DNA of 64,000 nt from a plasmid: sequence record NZ_CP096760.1. One strand, 5' to 3'. Shown here in pieces: positions 59,401-64,000 of the stretch. The position numbers were made by a program, and so were the translations under genes. Below the pieces are notes generated by a model. It searched no databases. It was not told the DNA's origin and was given only the letters and a program-made list of their open reading frames with translations. How positions within the stretch are numbered: the first letter of the stretch is position 1; every line of letters starts with the position of its first letter.

Positions 59401-62000
59401 AGAATGAAACCCCGTTAAGATCATCCTTCCAACGGTTAGTGCAAGGCTTACGGGATGACCTGATCGCAGGGTTAAAAGGTCTACATACCATCTGGAACAA
59501 TGCTTTAATCCAGTTAGGCATTGATACAGAAAACGCACGCCGTAATCTCCGTGATTTGGCAAACTACAAAGGCGAAGTTTTAAAAATCCCAGTTAAAGGT
59601 GTAACGGCTGAAGAGGGCGGTGGCTTTACCTCAACACCTGCAACCCGTGAACTTGGCAAGAAAATCACCAAATTGCTTGAGAAGCGGGAGCTTGTACAAA
59701 AGGGGAAAGGCTTCTTAACGAATGCGCTTGACGGTGGCAAACAGCAATTAAAAGAAATTGACGATATGCTTGCCGGGTACAGACGCGGCATGAAATTAGG
59801 CGGGCTGGTTTATATCGAGAAAGGCCCATACGCTGGACAAGTCGTTCTTAAAAAGGACATTGAAAAGAACGCCAAGCTTCTCAAAAATAAGCAGAAGCAA
59901 GCTGCTGCCGCTAAAACTTCGTCTGCAACCTCTACAGGAAGTGTATTACCTACACCGTCAAATCTTGCCGATTATTCTGCACCGGCAATTGGTTCTGGTG
60001 GAGGCTCAACGCCTAAAGAGAAAACTGGACGAGGTTACGATCGCCAATGGAACAACCTATATCGTGCTGATGTTGAGAAAGCCTTGTTGGGCGCTCAAGA
60101 CCGCGAGACTGATATTAGTGAAATTCTCGGTCAGCCTGTTGACTACCTCAAGAGAGCGAAGAACGACTTTATCGAGCGTTGGATGAGCGGAAAATGGGAT
60201 GACAATAATGACCCACGCTCACGTCCATTCACGAAGGGTACATACAATCCTGATACAGGTTGGACTAAGGATCAAATTGACTGGGACGGCATGTACAAAG
60301 GTCAACATGTCAATGAGTTCCTTAACGCCCAAATGAAGAAGTTGATGGCCGATGACTACAAGGCATCAATTCAGTTTGCCGCTGAAAGATCGGCTTCAAC
60401 AGATGAGGACTTTAAGAACGTCCTTGATCAATTTGTCGAGAATGACACCAAGAAATCTGATGCCTTAATGGCTTTAGAACGTCAGTTCGCCCGTTATGAA
60501 GTGCGTAATCCAATGGCACTTCAAGCAGGCGGTTATAACGACTTCAAGGACTTTGCGCTTAACCATCAGGTGGCCAAGGACACTTTATCCAAAGCTTATG
60601 AGTCTAAAAACATCAATAAACAACTCTCCATTGACCTAATGGATAGTGAAGTTGATCGACGTCAATCTTCTGCCGACTATGCGTATGATGAAGTTGCCAA
60701 GGAGATCAATGAGCAGCGTAAGGCGCTAGAAAAGCGGATTCAGATTACCAAAACCATGATGGAAAACGATGAGGCTGCCAAGAAGGAATATGCAGAACTC
60801 ATCAAAGCCAAAGAGCTGGCTGAAGAGGAATTCACCAAGCGCTTAATGCTTGAAAATGAAAAGCGTGTTCGCGCCTCTGAATCCGCAACACAGCAGATGC
60901 TACGCCAATACCGTGATCTGAAAGTCGGTATTGAAAGCATTAACCAGAAGTGGACAGAAAGTGCTATCGACTCAGTTGCCGACCTCATTACAGGACGGAT
61001 GAGTTTCAAGGACTTCGACTGGCGTCAAATTGGATCTGATATTTTTGCCGATTATGCAAAAGTCTTTGTAAAAGATTCAGCAAGTAAGCTAATTACCAAC
61101 GTAATGGGTAACCAATCCATTTTTGATCTTGGTAAATCCTTATTGAGCGGTAAAGCTGCTGGCGGAATGGGCTGGGCATCAGACTTGCTAAATAGATGGC
61201 GCGGTTTAGGTCCTTATGCTCCGGCTGTTGACCCAAATACAGGCGAATCTACAAGTGCTGCGGTCAATACTGAAATTACTGACACTATACCGCTATTTGA
61301 CAAACTACGCGCTACCTTAAATCCACTGACTCAAGGATTAAGTTCATTATGGGAAAATGTCAGCAGCGCATCACAGGGTCTTTGGACTTTTGCGTCAGAT
61401 GCTATCAGCAAGGCAATTAATGCTTTGTTCCAATGGGCAACAAGCCTGTTAGCATCAAGCACAGCTTCCAGCGGCTCATCGGGCGGTAACTGGTTAGGTA
61501 CATTGTTCCAAGTCGGAATGGCCGCTTATGGAGCTTACAGCGGTGCAGGAGCAGGTATTGGAGACATTAGTAGCGGTGCTTCATATCAAGTCGGCGGTGG
61601 CTTCAACAGCGCTGTAGGTTGGAGTGGTACATCACAGTTCGCCAAGGGTGGAATTTTTACCAACTCTATCGTGAATGAACCTACACCGTTTATGTTTGCC
61701 AAGGGTGGAAGTTTTGCAAACGGTCTGATGGGAGAAGCAGGGCCAGAAGCAATCATGCCGCTTACTCGCGATTCATCGGGCAGACTCGGTGTTTCCATGT
61801 TGGGAGCGGGTGACGCTTCAAACGACATGCAAAATCACGTTCAAATCCAAATCACCGTAAACAACGATGGAAGCTCTTCTACAAGCGCATCTGGCGGTGA
61901 TGCTCAAGAATATAAACAAATGGCGAAGCAGGTCGAAGCCATTGTCATGAGCACCTTGGACAAACAAAGCAGACCGGGAGGAAGATTATATAAGAAATAA
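56412..62000 (+). CDS. tail tape measure protein
   Basis: 1862 aa. Long coiled-coil N-terminal third. Central hydrophobic segments (IAIVTGLGAGFGALTLATSLFFG). Gly-rich C-terminus. Position after G/GT. Confidence 0.85.
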   Translation: MAGEINNTLKLDVNQFDQAIQKASDRLDKLDSNLGKTNASVESLEKILSGLGGDIRQLSSSFKTLDDNLAASLKMLSGVQKNTDSLSRSLDSVDKSASKTAKTTAQAAKSIENLADFTQAYEKKLKNLNPLLNRVSKGQQILEAHAKATGDELEKQSKRTLANNARALQAEIKNNEKLLAERREMAYKAAQIQKRAEVNLAVQQKLYNGTFFGKNKNSTSEKAVEMRANIELWRKEADAAKLVKEQIKSVIRDIEYQNGELQKGVNLLNQQIERTRALKNQQSVEQAKSRQEQKSLDTARKRQELEKRTEAWWKEALFNRERREEEAERRRIEKRRQLEQEYSNWFNRELDKRERREADARLKQRPLIRNIDEERQAQTRTADARRKLELDYTGWWTRTLNNRDQAAQRAAEQAERDAHRVRMQQLNEERKAQELLHREQMSVAKDLAAMYASIKINQGLGGAVHKNMELEQSKFRLSLWNLPKEEQERFLQKSRDLTKTEKYLTNTEAIDARLDAMAAMGGNHEKTIDATLATATRVAHILRATGNETGSNSDLVKNLYGFAESRQVMNNVDEINKSFETLLKISNISNGKIKIADVETIARNMGGMRADVSADGWLKIAALGEQFKTAGGGNGGGGGIATVGTMLKMMGLYGSGKTITNRAVTDLMGADILNEFKDGDAEKAFRENAKNIKEFTKMMKNAGFKDLKSMGEDPVKFFSSLRGQILDYMMREDNFTRFFGEGTKRWTYNQKGQMINSEGKVVDPNEQNKIERTGFTRWASGMGWSNKTVDGLTTMLDKRFIDRANEVAESAKRSAESQQALKEAQDTLKGSTDNLMASLGRLAESFAPLLPFLTGFVNGLTKAVDGIANLMNLHPAIAIVTGLGAGFGALTLATSLFFGKLSLVSRLVTTLLPALGGLGKTAQTSSGQLATATSTANNLGQAVSKMGDGTKNVVPKVSNMSTRVLGILGGMLRWAGWVGLGLLVGQMFISWLDSVNKNETPLRSSFQRLVQGLRDDLIAGLKGLHTIWNNALIQLGIDTENARRNLRDLANYKGEVLKIPVKGVTAEEGGGFTSTPATRELGKKITKLLEKRELVQKGKGFLTNALDGGKQQLKEIDDMLAGYRRGMKLGGLVYIEKGPYAGQVVLKKDIEKNAKLLKNKQKQAAAAKTSSATSTGSVLPTPSNLADYSAPAIGSGGGSTPKEKTGRGYDRQWNNLYRADVEKALLGAQDRETDISEILGQPVDYLKRAKNDFIERWMSGKWDDNNDPRSRPFTKGTYNPDTGWTKDQIDWDGMYKGQHVNEFLNAQMKKLMADDYKASIQFAAERSASTDEDFKNVLDQFVENDTKKSDALMALERQFARYEVRNPMALQAGGYNDFKDFALNHQVAKDTLSKAYESKNINKQLSIDLMDSEVDRRQSSADYAYDEVAKEINEQRKALEKRIQITKTMMENDEAAKKEYAELIKAKELAEEEFTKRLMLENEKRVRASESATQQMLRQYRDLKVGIESINQKWTESAIDSVADLITGRMSFKDFDWRQIGSDIFADYAKVFVKDSASKLITNVMGNQSIFDLGKSLLSGKAAGGMGWASDLLNRWRGLGPYAPAVDPNTGESTSAAVNTEITDTIPLFDKLRATLNPLTQGLSSLWENVSSASQGLWTFASDAISKAINALFQWATSLLASSTASSGSSGGNWLGTLFQVGMAAYGAYSGAGAGIGDISSGASYQVGGGFNSAVGWSGTSQFAKGGIFTNSIVNEPTPFMFAKGGSFANGLMGEAGPEAIMPLTRDSSGRLGVSMLGAGDASNDMQNHVQIQITVNNDGSSSTSASGGDAQEYKQMAKQVEAIVMSTLDKQSRPGGRLYKK

Positions 62001-62014
62001 TATAATTACCCCTT

Positions 62015-62043
62015 TAATATTAGTAAGCGCTTACTTATAATTA
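62015..62043 (+). promoter_or_regulatory. palindromic motif AATATTAGTAAGCGCTTACTTATAATTAG
   Basis: TATAAT at 62035-62040, between tape measure stop and gpM-like start 62073. Confidence 0.5.
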
Positions 62044-62072
62044 GGTGGGCGCTTAATTTCATTCTGAGTCTT

Positions 62073-62399
62073 ATGGAATTTATTTGGAAGCCCGATTTGG
62101 GCGCTGAAAAGTCGAAAAAACCTTCCGTCTCTACGGTCAAGTTTAATGATGGCTACGAAGCCCGTATTCCAAATTCTATTAACCCAAGTTTGCGGGTATG
62201 GAACTGCACCTTTACCAACAACCTGCAAACGGCAAATGAAATTGACGAGTTTCTTAACAAAGCCAATGGCACAACCGCGTTTGATTGGATTGACCCACAA
62301 GGCAAAAAGGGCAAGTTCGTCTGCCGCGAATGGAAGATGAATCAAATCAAATTTGGTGTTTTTCAGATTACCGCAGTGCTTGAAGAGGTTTATGAATAA
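62073..62399 (+). CDS. minor tail protein (lambda gpM-like)
   Basis: 108 aa (lambda M 109 aa), position after tape measure. Confidence 0.5.
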   Translation: MEFIWKPDLGAEKSKKPSVSTVKFNDGYEARIPNSINPSLRVWNCTFTNNLQTANEIDEFLNKANGTTAFDWIDPQGKKGKFVCREWKMNQIKFGVFQITAVLEEVYE

Positions 62400-63094
62400 T
62401 GGGCGAGAAAATCGCTGTAGCTGAAATTCAATCGTTGTCACCAACAGCAGAAGTTGAACTGTTTGTTATTGATACAACTAAATTTGGGGGCGATGTTATT
62501 CGTTTTTGTTCTGGCGTAAATGCGTTTCACCAACCGATCTACTGGCAGGGAGAACGCTATGACCCTTTGCCTATTGAAGCAAGTGACTTTGATGTAAGCA
62601 GTCAGGGCACTTTGCCTACGCCTAAGCTAATTCTGGCAAACGTAAGTGGCTTATTTTCGTCACTTGCGGCGGAGCTGGACAACCTTATTGGATGCAAGGT
62701 TATCCGTAAACGTACATTTGGCCGCTTCCTTGACGAAGTGAACTTTCCTAATGGAAATCCCGAAGCCGACCCAACGCAACATTTGCCAGATCAAATTTGG
62801 TTTATTGATCGAAAGGTTAATGAAAGCCGCGTTTCAATTGAATGGGAATTGGCATCAGCCTTTGATTTCCAAGGCGTTCAACTACCTTTCGGTCAGGTGA
62901 CCAAGAATGCATGTCGCTGGCAGTACCGTTCGCCAGACTGCGGTTGGACAGGCGGTTATTTCACAAAGGATGACAAGCCGACAGATGACCCGAATCTTGA
63001 TGCCTGCGGGAAACGGGTTAGCTCTTGTACTTGCCGATTTGGTGAAAATGCCGTTCTTCCATACGGCGCATTCCCAGGGGTGCAGCGCGTATGA
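62399..63094 (+). CDS. minor tail protein (lambda gpL-like, with C-terminal Cys cluster)
   Basis: 231 aa (lambda L 232 aa). C-terminal CRWQYRSPDCGW...CGKRVSSCTCRFGE Cys-rich motif as in gpL Fe-S site. Confidence 0.65.
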   Translation: MGEKIAVAEIQSLSPTAEVELFVIDTTKFGGDVIRFCSGVNAFHQPIYWQGERYDPLPIEASDFDVSSQGTLPTPKLILANVSGLFSSLAAELDNLIGCKVIRKRTFGRFLDEVNFPNGNPEADPTQHLPDQIWFIDRKVNESRVSIEWELASAFDFQGVQLPFGQVTKNACRWQYRSPDCGWTGGYFTKDDKPTDDPNLDACGKRVSSCTCRFGENAVLPYGAFPGVQRV

Positions 63095-63840
63095 TCGACA
63101 CACGCCTACTTAATGAAATTAAACAACATGCGATGGATTGTTATCCAAATGAAGCTTGTGGCTTTATTGTTGTCAATAAATATAAGTTAGCGCTTACTAT
63201 AAAATGTCGTAACGATTCGCCGTTCCCGAAAACTCAGTTTCTTATTAATCCCGATGAGTATCTTCGCGCAGAACAGGAAGGTGAAATTGTTGGTGTATGG
63301 CATACGCATACCAATGGCAATCCGAAGCCAACCGAATCTGATTTGGCCGGCTGTGAAGTGACAGGCTTGCCTTGGTACATGCTAATGGTCGAGAAGAAAG
63401 GGGACGAATTCCACTTTAACGATCTCGTAGAGTTTTCACCAACCGGATATGAAGCCCCATACGAAGGTCGTCCATATGTATATGGCTCTTTCGATTGCTG
63501 GACGCTTTGCCGCGACTTTTACCTACGTGAGTTTGGTATCGAACTTCGTGACTACCCGCGTGTAGAGAAGTTCTGGACCAATGAAGAAACCAATTACTTC
63601 ATCAATAAGTACGAAGAAGTAGGGCTTGTCGATGTGACAAATCAGCCCCTTCAGTACGGCGACATTCTCTTCATTCAAACCGACGGAAGTGGCAACCCGA
63701 ACCACGCAGCCATTTATGTCGGTACAGAAAAAATCCTTCATCACTGCGAGGGTCGTTTATCTCGCTACGACGCCTATGTCTACGGCTCCTACTGGCTTAA
63801 GCACACTGTTAAGCAAATGAGGCACAAAAGTAAATGTTAG
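63091..63840 (+). CDS. tail assembly protein (lambda gpK-like: JAB/MPN + NlpC/P60 domains)
   Basis: JAMM-like VWHTHTNGNPKPTESDLAG. NlpC/P60-like GSFDCWTLCRDFY with downstream His (NHAAIYVG...HHCEG). Confidence 0.75.
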   Translation: MIDTRLLNEIKQHAMDCYPNEACGFIVVNKYKLALTIKCRNDSPFPKTQFLINPDEYLRAEQEGEIVGVWHTHTNGNPKPTESDLAGCEVTGLPWYMLMVEKKGDEFHFNDLVEFSPTGYEAPYEGRPYVYGSFDCWTLCRDFYLREFGIELRDYPRVEKFWTNEETNYFINKYEEVGLVDVTNQPLQYGDILFIQTDGSGNPNHAAIYVGTEKILHHCEGRLSRYDAYVYGSYWLKHTVKQMRHKSKC

Positions 63841-64000
63841 TCGATGTTTATTTGCATGGAGAACTTGGAAAGAAATTTGGCAAAAAGTGGAGCGTTGCCG
63901 CGCGAGGTCCAAGTCACGCTTTAAGACTTATCAACGCAAATACCTCTGGTTCATTGGTCAACTGGTTGCGTGAAAAAGCAGCCAAATTCGCTCATTACCG
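63837..64000 (+). CDS. tail assembly protein (lambda gpI-like, ubiquitin-like N-terminus), 3' partial
   Basis: MLVDVYLHGELGKKFGKKWSVAARGPSHALRLINANTSG; overlaps gpK-like stop (ATGTTAG); runs off window end. Confidence 0.5.

Overview
The window is almost entirely a temperate-siphovirus-like phage or prophage (possibly phage-plasmid) segment, about 40% GC and Acinetobacter-like. It runs through these blocks:

- **1-15.6 kb, early/DNA-metabolism module:** 5'-truncated SbcC/Rad50-like ATPase with zinc hook, RuvC-like resolvase, class Ia RNR nrdA-nrdB, ThyX, MazG-like, P-loop kinase, DnaQ-like exonuclease and many small hypotheticals, including a protein-kinase-like-fold ORF.
- **15.86-29.93 kb, composite-transposon-like insertion:** about 14 kb bounded by two inverted IS5-family copies (one intact, one with a broken transposase). 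It carries host-type electrophile/aldehyde detox genes (truncated curA-like, TetR, OYE ene-reductase, DJ-1/PfpI, Fe-ADH, ABM, frmR-frmA-frmB, fdhA) and a nested IS3-family element inserted into a YagK/YfjJ-like gene.
- **30.1-38.4 kb:** tRNA-Asn(GTT), then a repeat-rich accessory/regulatory region with dispersed iteron-like repeats, 50-bp direct repeats, a candidate ncRNA, an operator-like TTGCACTAA array, an HTH protein, small membrane proteins and a LysM secreted protein.
- **38.5-45.9 kb:** SF2 helicase (minus strand), RHH protein, two ParB-N-domain proteins, an ABC-type ATPase, thioredoxin, and GNAT-like, wHTH and SprT-like ORFs.
- **46.1-64 kb, lambda-like morphogenesis module:** TerS, TerL, portal, scaffold, capsid, connector proteins, major tail, G/GT chaperones with a GGGAAAG -1 frameshift site, 1862-aa tape measure, and gpM/L/K/I-like proteins.

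A conserved ~25-bp palindromic motif (consensus ATTATTAGTAAGCGCTTACTATAAT, with an embedded -10-like hexamer) recurs about 18 times in phage intergenic regions and is absent from the transposon cargo. All calls are from sequence inspection only; no database searches were run.
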